From assembly GCF_008831285.2 (NCBI RefSeq), contig NC_045138.2, forward strand, positions 29,326,001 through 29,390,000: a stretch of 64,000 bases of DNA, in the 5' to 3' direction. Below, one piece after another: positions 1 to 12,700 of this stretch (position 1 is its first letter; the number at the start of each line of letters is the position of its first letter). The stretch comes from Nymphaea colorata (Eukaryota). The position numbers were made by a program, and so were the translations under genes. The notes beneath the pieces were generated by a model. It saw only the letters and a program-made list of their open reading frames with translations, was not told the DNA's origin and ran no database searches.

Positions 1-278
1 TACAGAGCTTTGTCACCCATACTACAATAGGAACAACGTATGGAAAGTAGGTCTCAAATCATAATTCCATTGGTGGGCAGAGGTAAAAGAAGTATTCAGC
101 TAATCAATAGTGAAGAATGAGAGAAATTACTTAACGTAAATGAATTAATAAGTCAACAACTGATCCTGAAGAAATAATACCCTCTGAAAAGTATGGCAGA
201 CAGTGAGACAACTAACATGGATCATACCCATAAAAACCCTGCCCAAATAAATCTTATTATAGGCTGAATGCAGTTTAC

Positions 279-3200
279 CAGATAAGCCAGAGTTTGCTAC
301 TTGAGTTGTGTTCTTTCCAGTATGTAAGTCGTCCATCACAACTTTCACGTGTTCATTGTCATCTTGAACCTTGAGATTAACAGAAACAGTAGAACCTTCT
401 GCCAGAGTACAAATTTTATCTTCCTCCTCTTCTGAAAAATCTTCATTCTGATCATTCTCTATGTCCCCATCTACTTGACAAGTTGAAACTCCCAAGATGG
501 AGTTCTGAAAGTTGACTAGCTTGTCAACAAGGCTCGGATAAATAGCCAAAGGAAGAGAGACAAAATGGGAGTAATCTAGTCTTGGGCTCTTAACTGCCTG
601 CAAGAGAAAGGTAAGTGAGGCTTGGATACAGATCTCTCACTAGCCAATCTTGCCTAATAGTAAGGTTATCACTAGCCAATCTTGCCTAATAGTAAGGCTA
701 AAGAAAATTTATTACATGCAGGACACTAAAAGATGCAAGTTCAAACGTAATATCATTTAAGAAAGTTAATTTGATAATAGAAACTTAGCAACATATATAG
801 TTAGGTTGAAGTAGATGAGTCTTGCAATTGTAATAAAAAATATGATTGCAGACATAGTGAAGCAAAAAAAAAACATCACGTGGAAGGAGACTGACTGACC
901 TCATCAAGTAAAGCTTTAATCCTTTCCATTGCCCTAGTTACGTCCTCAACAGAAGCACCTTGAACAGCTATCAGAAAAATAGTAAAATGAAAACTGATTC
1001 ACTGATATTATGGTTGGGCCAGTGAGGGCAGATTCTAGTGGACCATATGGAGATGCAAGAGAAAACTCATCTAAGAAGTAAGGAACCAAAAAAGAGAAGC
1101 AATCAAAGCTTTAAAGCAATACCTTACTTGACAAACAAGGAATTCCAAGCCAGACTTTGTTGAGCACAATACTTCATATAATTAATAATTAGTGTCATTC
1201 GTCTCAGATCCCAGTGTTTTATTACACAACCAGATCAATAAAGGACACTGATTCCGTTGGAAATAGTGATGCATGAACAGCTTGAGCTTGACGAAAAGCT
1301 TAAACTTAGCTGGCAAAGTTATAGCATAGCAAAGTTACAGCAGAGTTTTCTCACCTGATATCACCCCAGCTGAGTTTGATTAAACCAGAATTAACTTAGC
1401 ACAAAAAATTGAATATAAGAATAAGATTTTCCTTATTTCACTGAACATGGATAAGTTATTGTTAGTAACCGGTTATGGATTTGGATCGGTTCCTAATTGG
1501 GGCAGACCCAATAAGGATACAAATAGGTCGAACGCAATGAGGGAGGGATCATCGGTTAATTGAAGTCCTTTACATCTGTGTGGAAAAAACCCTAGGGCTG
1601 AGTGTGTGCATGTGGGATTGGGGTTGCTTTGTAAGGGTTCCCAAGTTAGCTGGTGGTTGCTAACAATGGTATCAAAGCCAGGTTCTGTAGAACGCAAGCG
1701 GCAGACTACAAAAGAGGTGGGAAATACGTTTGCAAGGACCAATCAGACCATGGATGGCTTGAATAAGCAGTTGCTGATCATGACAATGGAATACCGGCAG
1801 ATGCAGGAACTGCTTGAAGAATTCCTAGGTGGGAAAACAACAAGTGTTGTTGCCTCAGAGCGAGGAAGCTGTGGAAAAGTACTTGTAGATGTTTCAACGC
1901 CTTCAACAAACAAAAACATGGAAGATGATGCTTGGGCTCCAAGGACGGCACCAAACACTCCTCAAGGAGATGCATTGGGGTTCCATGGACCTGAGCATGT
2001 CGAGTCAGCCAGGCCTTTCACGCACTTCCCTCTAGCTTGTGATACCAAAGAAGGTGTGGATGTTTTCCCTCTGCAATCGATGGGAGTACATGGTGATAGA
2101 GAACTACGGGAGCAACCAGGGAAAGTCTCCACCAGGCCTTTCACGCCTATGTCACATGGGTGCGGGGTGTGGGTGCCGGTGCTAACATTTTTGAAGGGAT
2201 TCTCTTACTAGTGTGACAGCCTGACAGGTTTAAATTGCATATCCTCTACTTATCAAGATGTAATTCAATAATTACTTGACAAGCAGTAAAGCTCGAGGTT
2301 CTCAAGTAGGCATTGACAGCAACTGGGAACAATTTTCTCTTAGAATGCATGGTTTTGTCTGTTGATATCTCTCAACCCATTCATAAAACAGTTGTATGTC
2401 TCCAGTTTCAATCAGAACTACCCATGACATACAGACTCTGCTGAGGTCAGCAGTTGACATCATCAAAATACGACAACTCATATTCACAGTGTATATAGCT
2501 CACAACTTTGAAAATGCTGTTCTCATAAAAAGGAGTTTGACTCAATTCAATGTTATTGGGTCATCTAAAAGAACTGTCAAGTGATTCTAAGCCCAAACCG
2601 GAAACCCAAACTTGAAAACTACATACCTATTTATGTAGAACTTCCAAATTAATCTTGATTTCTCAGACCAGAGAACTGATGAAGTTCAATTTGTCTCTCT
2701 GATCTCTACTTCTCATCGGTCATTAGATTTTTGTTCAAGTAACAATATTTGAATCCCTAAGGTGGCAGGTCTGCACCCATCTGCACTTCAGCAAAGCTAC
2801 TTGAAATGTATGGATATGTCCATCCATAAGTGAAGCTTGAATGCAGGGAGGTTCTTATAAGGCATTTCAGAACTAGTCCAGACCCCAAAAACTAATGTAT
2901 TAAGGAAGCAAACATTTTTTGACCAATAATCTGAGCTCGACCTGAAAATCTTTTATGGGACTTGCAAGTCGTAGGACGCCAACCACCAAAAAAAGAAAAC
3001 ACCCTTTTGATCAGCTACACTAAGATAACTATTTTTTTCCTAAGATAGCAATCTAGAGTCTAGATAACTTCCCTTTAACATTGAAAAAAGGCATATTAAA
3101 GCATTTGTTTCAGCACCTTATCAGAATTTGCAAATCCTTATATCAAACTAAAGTGGCAACCAAGACAACCTTTTCTGGAGTAGTAACCAAGACATTCAAA

Positions 3201-6184
3201 AGGATTAAAAAGCTCTAATCTTATTCTAGCACAGTAACAGTCTGAGAACTGATATGTTGTAATTAGATGGTTGTATGAGAAAAAATGAGAAGTATGGGAA
3301 TTTGTTCACGAAATGGTGCATCATAGTGTAGGACTCTTAGTCGATTCCCTATCTCCCAGGTGATCTTTTAGTTTATTCTTCAAAGAAGCAATACTCTAAT
3401 TTCTATATTCATGTACGAACCAATATAGCACAGAATATAATTCAACTCTAACCTGTTTAGCAAACCAAACAAAGAATGCATACAAAACAGAGAAAGAAAC
3501 AAGCCACAAACAGGGAAGGCACCATTCACATATTACTTCTGTTTTATCAGAAAATCTAGCAGTCAAATACTTTTGGTCAAAATAAATACAAACACAACAT
3601 AATTGCTATCATTAATTTATGCAAATTCCAGGTTTTCAAACACTTACTGACTTCCAAGTCCTCTTTAGATGAGGGCAAAAGTATTCTTACTCCTGCCTCC
3701 TCCTCGATTTTCTTTTGAGTGAATCCTCTGAGGAAAGAAAAGATAAATTTTACAACTGAGGAATAAATCTGATCATTTAAGACTGGTAAACACTTGAATA
3801 GAATCATGCTGATATTAATGAAAAGAAGTTAATCTGATGCATGTGAAAAACAATATAAAATAAAGCAAGAGACTAATGATTGATGTAGGCACCCTTTCCC
3901 TTTGATGAAGCCAACCAAGGAAGCATCAACCTGCCCAAACATAGATAAAAATTAGAAAAGTATAATTTGGAGCAGTTTATTTATTTATCTGCAACAGTTC
4001 ATAAGATTTCACTGGGCAAGTAAGCAGCTACTCAAAGGATATATTCACAACCCCAAAGTGTGTATGCTAATTGGCATTTACTTCAGCTAATATATTTGCG
4101 TTAAGTATTTACTCAGGAATATAGATCTATTCGTTAAAAGTGAAACTGACTTTCACTTATGTGTGTGTGTGCGCACAGGTTGAATACATTTTCCAGAATC
4201 AGAATTTATCTAGCAACAAAAGGATTATGACAACCAACAGGAACCACAAATCAAAAATCAAGAGTCCAAGCAGGATGACCATGGAAACCCTCTTCCAAGT
4301 TCCAACCACAAATGAGATGTTTACAAGCAGACACAAAAGGTACAGTGGCCACTAAAATAAAAGTACAAGAAGGTTTTTAAGCAATGTCACTTTAAGACAA
4401 AAAGGAAAGGAAAAAAAATAGTACCTCGATGGAAGTCGAATAATGCAACTCAGCAGCAGGATTATCTGATAGTGAAGTACCTAAGTCATCTATAGTTTCC
4501 ACCTGAGTTGGGCCTCGAGAAATGTGCTCTGGAGACTTTGATTTCCTTGGATAGTATGTAACAGCTATTTCCTGAGGCAGGGTTGATTTTTCTGAAGCTG
4601 CAGCTCCAGTATCATTATTCAGAGAATTGGAACCCAAAGATACTGATTTGGAATTTTTGGTATGTTTTACTGTATCCTGTCCAAAATCAGCAGTTGCCCA
4701 AGAAACTTCATGATGGTCTTCCTGACCACCAGCATCAGCATTTGAATCTAACTGAGGCCTCACAGGCAGGACCTCACTGTGAATGTTTGCTTCCTTGATC
4801 AAGCTTCCTTGAATTCATAGAGAAAGGATGTTAGGAAAAAAGAAGTTAAGCACCCAGGAAGGTCAGCGATTATTCAGTCACATGAAAATGAACTTGGCCT
4901 CTGCTTCTTAAGCGAGGTATAACATAGCCATGAGAGACAGACAAAACAACTATCAGGAAGATGCATATACGCCATCTATGTACATTCATCTCACATGTCA
5001 ACGGATGAAACAAACCTTCAGTAGAGGATGATGGCAAATTAACCGGCCTCCATACGGAAGTTTTTGATTTCCTCCTCTTGTTCCCATCCATTTCACTTGG
5101 CCTAGTGTTCCATTTAGTAACTCTTTCAGCAGAGGCAAAGGTAAGAAAAAAACCGTGTTCCTGTATACATTTGACAATTAATCAAATTTTCATCTCTTGT
5201 GGACATCCTAAAATGTTGAAAGTAGCTTCAAAATTTAGTGGAGTTAATTTATAAAAAGCAAAACAGGACACAGTCACACAAACCAGAATATGGGTTGAGA
5301 GAAAAGGAGATATGTGTGCGTGCAAGTGTTTGTATCTTCCAATTCTGTAAGTTACATTTAGATATGAAGTACTCATAAACAAGAAAGCATACAAATGACT
5401 AATAACCATTAACGTTAATTATATTCAGATTCCATATAAAGGAGAAGTAAATTCAAATAGAATCTTGAGAACTTGCAAAGAAAGATAAAGCATAAACTTA
5501 GAGGTTGAAAAAGAAAACAGCATTCTGATATGCGAGGAAGTGAAAGCTCTATGAACACTTGGCAACCTAAGGGAATAGCTTCAAAGAATCAAACCTGACA
5601 GTAGTTTATATGCTTTCGGAGAAGAATAGTAGCATTTGACACCTTCAAGGCTTGACTTATTCTGAAAATTTTTAAAACAAAGACGCAGGAAACAGTATCA
5701 AAAACTAAAACACAGATAGCATGGAGTTCAACAGCAATGGCATCAATCATGAACAAAAACAATGATAGCTGTGCCAGTAAACCAAAAATCTAAGCACGAC
5801 TTTAACTTAATAGACAGTTAGCAGAAAAACAATAAAAAACTTAAAATAGAGACAAAATGAATAAGCAGTACTTAAACAAACAAACCACCGGAAAATCCCA
5901 ACGAAGAATGCCACATGGGATGCAAAAATTCATTATCACAAACTCAGCCGCAAGCAACGATCGAAATGCGAGACAATTGGCTCCCATTTTTCCATCCCAC
6001 CATGAAACAGCATACTAAAAAGGAAAGTCGATATTTTGAACTAAACAAACTTAACGAGAAGCGAAGGCTACACAAATCAGCAGAAGCAATGCGGAATGGA
6101 GGAATTCAGAGACTATGATGAATGAGAAAAAAGCTACACAAGAAAACCCTATTTTGTGATTCGGAAATTTCCCCTGAGAAGAGA

Positions 6185-6234
<50 letters not shown>

Positions 6235-6261
6235 CTTAAAAAAGGAACTGGTCGGGATCAT
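279..6261 (-). CDS. ASCC1: Activating signal cointegrator 1 complex subunit 1-like protein (KH domain plus start of AKAP7/2H phosphoesterase domain); 3' part continues beyond the left window edge
   Basis: Spliced exons, approximately 6261-6236 (MIPTSSFF), 5344-5284, 5160-5016 (..MDGNKRRKSKTSVWRPV), 4810-4426, 3931-3893 (VDASLVGFIKGK), 3728-3648 (GFTQKKIEEEAGVRILLPSSK; KH GxxG loop spans this junction), 967-900 and 597-279 (AVKSPRLDYSHFVSLPLAI). The first three exons join in frame. Confidence 0.88.
637..697. repeat. Tandem duplication of 29 bp (tcactagccaatcttgcctaatagtaagg x2)
   Basis: Identical copies at 637-665 and 669-697 in an ASCC1 intron. Confidence 0.95.
1460..2146 (+). mobile_element. 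5' end of an LTR retroelement: short LTR (1460-1665), tRNA-Met primer binding site (1667-1680) and truncated internal ORF
   Basis: TG...CA termini with an 11-bp inverted repeat carrying 1 mismatch (tgttagtaacc / ggttgctaaca), followed by tggtatcaaagcca (PBS consensus TGGTATCAGAGC). ORF 1606-2211 overlaps it. No second LTR is visible. Confidence 0.8.
2147..2185 (+). mobile_element. Terminal fragment of the MITE family seen complete at 18791-19223
   Basis: ctatgtcacatgggtgc is identical to the start of the 18791 element, and similarity continues (ggtg..ggt.ccggtgc). Confidence 0.75.
6180..6230. repeat. (GA)n microsatellite in ASCC1 intron 1
   Basis: Direct reading. Confidence 0.95.
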
Positions 6262-6799
6262 CTGAAAGATGATCCTAAGAAAGAAGAAGAAGAAGAATGT
6301 CACGTTTTTCGTTCCTCTCTTTCCCCTGCGAACGACTAGCGCGGGGAAGAAGAGAGAAACCGCGGGAGTAGGTTTCAATGGTGATTGAGTGACGAAATGA
6401 AGCACCCAAAAATTAAGGCAACGGCGCCGTTAACGGGAAACTTCAAGATTTTGGTATCTTGGGATTTGAAAAGAACAAGACTCTGAAACGTGACGAGCTA
6501 TTCTCTCGCAGAAATGTTCTGTGGGTTCAATCCAGATGTAAACCGAAAGATGGTTTTACGAATCGACGCTGAATGACGTAAGGTTTTACGAATCGAGACG
6601 TCATACCACACAAGAACGTAGCTCAAGCTAATTGAGCACAAACGATAAGAGTGAACTCAGTAACTTATTTTTGCAATTTAAACATTTTGGCTTAAGTTTC
6701 AACCTTATCATGGTATGGTTAAGTAGTTAACTTCTATTTTTTCTTGAAAAGAAGGAGTGAATCAAAAGAAAAACTGTTCCCCATCAGCGGGAAATACTT

Positions 6800-7440
6800 G
6801 ATCTGTCAGACCCAATGGTTGCAATTTCATCAAGACAATTTTCTAGTTTTCCATGCAAATTTTTGCAGTAAGATACTTTTTAAGGAGCTGTCAAGGGCCA
6901 GTTGAAAGCGATTTACTCCCCATCAAAAGAGAAGCAAAGAACAAAGAGAGTAAATGCAGTTGGATTTCTGAAGGACTTCTGCAGATCTTTTATTCGTTTC
7001 CTATGTCCCCCTTAAAACTGCATATGTCGCCTAGATTGCGGACAATGCTATAAGAAGGTCGACGACATTTTTTGCTGTTTGCATCTCTTGGTGGCACTGC
7101 GATAAGGTCGTCTTCTTTTTAGGCATGTATCTGTTTGGAACACCTAACTTTCCAGCCAAATGAAACATGCTTCTGCATCGCATGAATTTCATATATATCC
7201 TTATAAGGATTTGCACATACTTCTTTGCTAGCAGATGAACTGGGAGAGAGACCTACCAGCACTGGCATTCAGATCCATGTAGTCCATTCAGAATTATTAG
7301 TGCTACGAAGGCTGTCTATATCTCTATTTGGATATATTGATACTAGATAATTCCGGACTGGACAAGAGATGAGATTCTGATTTGCTAAACCATTAGTCGG
7401 TTCTTTCAAAGGAGATTTAGATCAAACTGAAGTTGGGTGA
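6800..7440 (-). mobile_element. Degenerate LINE 3' remnant (zf-RVT-like)
   Basis: Frameshifted minus-strand translations give ..KDIYEIHAMQKHVSFGWKV.. and ..NVVDLLI/HCPQSRRH, resembling the IW..K..F.W ... HLL.HC pattern of plant L1 zinc-binding regions. Confidence 0.4.
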
Positions 7441-7671
7441 AGTCCGGACTACTGCCAAGTATATTTTTCCAAGATAAAAAAATAAATAGTCTGTTCATTT
7501 TTTGACGTCTAGACACGTACAGTATTAGCAAGGATTAAAAAAAGAAAGAAAGAAAAAATCTTAGCTACTCATTTACGGCCCCACTTACAACGTAGCATTT
7601 TTTATAGGTTCTTCTGATACCATTTAACTATCCATCTGTGACTTGGCCAGTAACTTTGGATTTGATTTTCC

Positions 7672-7767
7672 ACAGAGTTGGCCCAATGGTTTGGAGTGAA
7701 GTTTAGTAGATGGTTAGTTTTCAGTTCAAATACTAGGAAATTAACCTCATGCCTTATATAAAAAAAG
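7672..7767 (+). mobile_element. Possible tRNA-derived SINE remnant
   Basis: A-box-like TGGCCCAATGG (7679-7689), B-box-like AGTTCAAATAC (7723-7733) and an A-rich tail; no cloverleaf and no clear TSD. Confidence 0.3.
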
Positions 7768-9752
7768 GTTACTTACGTACAAGTTGAAACACAACTAAGG
7801 CAGCACCCTAAAGTTCCGGCGAAGTTCCAGAAGTAAGTTATGTACGGCAACAAAGGGTTGAATGAAAGCTTCGGTTTTCTATCAGACGATGGTCCCCTCC
7901 CTCTCACCCGAAATCCAGAGCTTTGGACTTGGCTTTGCATTCTCAGTCGTCCATTTGAGATATTCGGATGCTCTCATGAACATCTACAGCTACAAAAGAC
8001 AAGGTTGGCTGTTGTGACATAAGGGGAATCTAGTTGCATTATTCGACTAACAATAAAGGGTTTGATGGAGACAGCAACGTGATCTTATCGCTCGTACGCG
8101 TTGCACCATTTTTCCAGCATATCATGCACATTAAATCATGAAAATCATTTGCAGAAATACATATTTTTATTAGTTATTTAGGGGACGGAGTAACCTTTTT
8201 GCCATAATCTCGAACAGAAGCGTCGGATTTCTGATTTGTGTTCTTTTATGAAACTTCAGTTTTGCTTACAACTGTCTACTCAGGGTTTACTTTTGCCATT
8301 ATCCTTGAAAATACTATGTCGAAACACATTAGCCTATACATATCGTATCAGCTCCTTATTTATACAACTTTATATTTCTTAAGGGAGGGTTGGGAGGGGC
8401 CATTCCACCCCCATAAATGAAAAAAAAAAAAAAAAACATTCGGCCTCTCAAAAAAAAAAAAAAAAATCCTGCTACATCACTGCCAAACACCCTTATTATA
8501 GAGATTGAAGATGTAGAAGCTGTACTAAAAAACTTAATTAAGTTATATAGATTAGCAACAAGTAAGAATATAGTGTAGTAAAGTATGAGAAGACCCTCAT
8601 GCCAAAACACCACCCACTTAGAACCCACGAAAGTTCCGTCTCTTGAATCTATGTGTAGTGCTTTCAGTTGGGAATAAAGATAACCATTTCAAACGGGCAA
8701 AGACGCGGCCTTGATTGATACAAACCGAGAGTACCCACTATCAAACTCTTAAATTTGAACTCAACTTTGTTTTTTTAATTTGTAGAGTATACTTTGACAC
8801 AATCTACTGTTCATAAAAATAATTGGGTTGTAACAATGATCACTAATTTCGTAACACAGACTCCTTTGAAGTGGATCCTTGTTGTGCCAGGTTAAAAAGA
8901 AGTAGCCAGGCTCTAGGTTCGATCTTGAGCTCTATATACACCCACCCATTTAGATTTAGATCCAGGAACTCCTCCAGCAAGTCGAGTTCGGATCACGAAG
9001 CCTGGATCCAATCCCGATCCAGATTTGCAATGGTGAAGCAATTAATGGACCGGTTTGAGTTGCATGGTTATATCGGACCCGAATCCAAATACCTGCATAT
9101 GTAACAAGGAACCCTGGTGCCAGGGAGCACGGTAGGATGTGTGTATGAAGCCGGGATCAGGAGAGGCCAAGTGGGGACAAGGGAAGCTCCTTTTGATCTT
9201 TGAAATCCGTGGGCCGTGTCCTCTTCCTCCAAAGGATGGGGATGAGATTGAGAGGTTTTAGTCATCAGTCCATTTACACCCCACAATTTTTTTAGAGAGA
9301 GAAAGTGGAGAGAGAGAGAGAGGGAAAGACAGAAAGAAGAAGTTTTGGGTAACACAATCTTGGCAGTAACTTTTAGTTCTGCCATATGTATACTTAAAAT
9401 TTCTGATATATGTCTTGTGCTGCGCTTTCGTTTTTCTGATTTCTTGTGTTGCCTTTCGAGTTTAGAAATATTCATTGAATTTAATAAAAAGATTAAAAGG
9501 TAGCATAGAACGTTGTTTGATTGAATTTAACAGAGTTTTTATTTAAGGTAAAGGTTAAATAAGCTATAGTTTTAGTAAAGGCATTACGAAAAACTGCAGC
9601 TGCTTTTGGGATTATAACCATAAGGTTGCTTCTTAAACGATTTTGTTCTGAAAACTTTTTTGAGAGAAAAATCAAGGAAGAGCATAGAGAAGGCGCAGGA
9701 GTGAGGCCAAGGGACAGCCAGCCAGAGAGAGCGAGCGAGAGAGAGAGAGGAG

Positions 9753-12700
9753 ATGGGGAGAATCCCTATGGCGGCTTCTTCCTCCCTCCACCTCGCCACC
9801 TTGCGCCTTCCTCCCCTCTCCTCTTCACTGGCCCCATCTTCCAGACTCGCCGCCAGCGCCCGCTTCGGAGTATCACTGTCCGTGTCTCGTTCCTCCCGTA
9901 GAATTGCTCTCTTCCACCTGGGCAGCGGTAGGGGTCTGCGCCGTCGAAATAATCGTTTTATTCATTTTCTCTTCGTTGGGTTTTCTGCCCAATCGCTCAA
10001 CCCATCCGAAGTACTGGATTAGAGTTTTCCTTGGTGTTTTTTCAAGTATGGAGTTTGGTCTGAATTTTGAGATTTGTCGTTCTAGTTTACATGTTTTCAC
10101 CTGTATTTCTAATCCTTCTGCCTTTTTTTCTCGAGTTGGTCTGTTTAGTTTGTGTTTCCAATGTGAGCATCGGGATTGATGGCCGATAGAAATGCCTTTT
10201 CTTCTGGCGATGAATCTGCTTTTCTCTTTCTTTTTTTGCCTTTTAAAAGATTTACTCCTTGAGAATTTTGGGTTCCTTGTTGAAGATTCGAACTTGAGCG
10301 AATTGTTTGGATTTGCCTGTGGTAAGGCGCTTACCTATTCGGAAAAGTAGCTAACAGCCTCTAAGCTGTAATGTGTTTCTGGACTCGAGAATTCAGGCAA
10401 ATAAAACTGCATTTTGTTTTGTGAATTATCATTGTTGGTTTTGTGGTTTTTGTTTGTGCGATGTCCGTTTTGCTGAATAAGAGAGGTCTCTCTAGAGGAC
10501 ATTATTTTTCGATCTACGTTGTCATCTGGTCGTCTACGCCTGGAGTCTAGGACCTGCCGTGCTAACATGAATTTTTTTGTTTCCCTCCTTCTATTTCTGG
10601 TGAACATTTCAAAACCAGCATCCAGTAGCTAGATTGGATTTCATTCTGTAGAATGGCAACATCATTCGTAAATGTGCTTCTGAATTTATCGTTTCTCAAG
10701 TTGTTTTAGTAGTTCGGATCTCATTAACTGCCGTGCCTCTTTGTGGTGGTACCAGCTATTCCCCAAGCACAGTTGTTTGGAGTCAGATCCTCAAATTTGT
10801 TAAGAATAGAAGGAAGTGCAGCCGAAGCTGGAACAGCGGGGAATGCAGCACAAGCTAGCACCGCCATAAGCCAGGAAGTTGATTTAAACTGGGTTAAGAA
10901 GGATAAACGTAGGCTACTCCACGTGGTTTATCGCGTGGGAGACTTGGACAAGACCATCAAGTATATCTTCTTTTTTTATATGGATGTCTAGATTGACTTG
11001 CACGCGTTGTTTCCTTCCTTAATTTGTGCAATCTTATCAGATTTTACACGGAATGCTTGGGAATGAAGCTGTTGAGAAAACGTGATATCCCTGAAGAGCG
11101 ATACACAAATGCTTTTCTTGGATATGGACCTGAAGATTCACACTTCGTTGTGGAGCTCACTTACAGTGAGTTATTATTTGAATTTTCTGCCTTTTATACG
11201 TTCCATTATGAACTGGTCGCTACCTGCATTCATTCTCATTTAAAATTTGTATCTTGTTGCACTGTCTACTTGGCATTTTCAGATTATGGAGTGGATCACT
11301 ACGATATAGGAACAGGTTTCGGACACTTTGGTATTGCTGTTGAGGACGTAAGAGTCTATTCAAGGAACTGGTTTATCATTGCACTAACAGGGTGATATAT
11401 CTTATGTTGCACAGTATAATATAGTGAATAGTTTGACAAATTCATGCTTTGGTGGCTGAATACTGAGGCTTTCTTTTATGCATGCTCTTCTAAATCCCTT
11501 CTGAGATATTCATTGGATTAGAAATTAGAAATTTGATCTTTTATTCCCAACTTGTGTAGTTCTCATTCTCATAAAAGTGGATATTCTCGGGCAAGTAGCT
11601 CATATATGCAAAATATGAAATGGTGGAAAGATGTTGGCTTTACATGATTTACGAGTTTCAAAATGTACTTCTTTCCTTCTTGGTGCTTACTGCATTAGTG
11701 TGGTGAAGTAACAAAATTCAGGTGCATATCTTGGGACGTTTTATTCATGTAATTAGGCTCGAAGGTGCTCTACCCGGTCTTTAACCTTTTGTTCTATGAA
11801 GAGTCAAATAAGCCAACGCTTTATATTCAAGGTTGTTTACAACGTTGTAGTGTTTAGTATGCAATTCTGAAATCCACGCTTGTTTTTGTATGCTAAAAGA
11901 GGTGGCATATTTTATCACTATGGTCTGGAGGGGTGCTGTCTATGTTGGCTTGTTTGGGAATCCTTTGAGGTTAGGTCAATTGTGAACCTAAATAAAGTTC
12001 TTTGCCTTTTCTGGGAGACTTAGAGTTTAGTTGGAGATTATGTTGATGTGCCTCATAAATTGTATATTTTCTTCTATAACAAGGTATTATAGTTTTTCTT
12101 TTAGGTACCATTGTTGATAAAGTTACATCACTGGAATATTGCATGTCAATAGTGTGTTGTCTTCCGCTACCCTTGCCAACAGTCTAGCTTTTAAAGGTGT
12201 ATGAGTTTAATGCATGGAGTCATCAAAATATCCATCTTGCAATTTCCATCCCTTGACCTCATGGAAACTGGATATTTTTCTGAAGTATTCTGGCATCTAG
12301 AGGACAACGTAGGATAAAATTAGTGTTGTTTTTCGTGAATGTTCAGTTACTTTGATTTTCTATTTTAGTCACCACTGTCATGTGCAGTTCACAGTATGTT
12401 GGAAATGTTATATATTATTACTGCTTAATCAACAATTGTTAGCACTTCTCTACCACATTCAAAAAATTAAAAGCACTTCTAGAGAGATGTCTTTGGAGGA
12501 TGCTGTGTTTCATAAGTTTATTTGCTTTTATGATTGATCTCACCCGAGTATCTGGATTTTGTCAAAGGTTTACAAGACAGTTGACCTTATAAAAGCTAAG
12601 GGAGGAAAGGTCACCAGGGAGCCTGGTCCTGTCAAAGGTGGTACTAGTGTGATTGCTTTTGTGGAAGATCCTGATGGATATAAATTTGAGCTCATTGAAA

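Noticed and set aside
6615..6660. tagctcaag..gagca resembling a tRNA 5' half
   Set aside because: No B box, T-arm or acceptor stem
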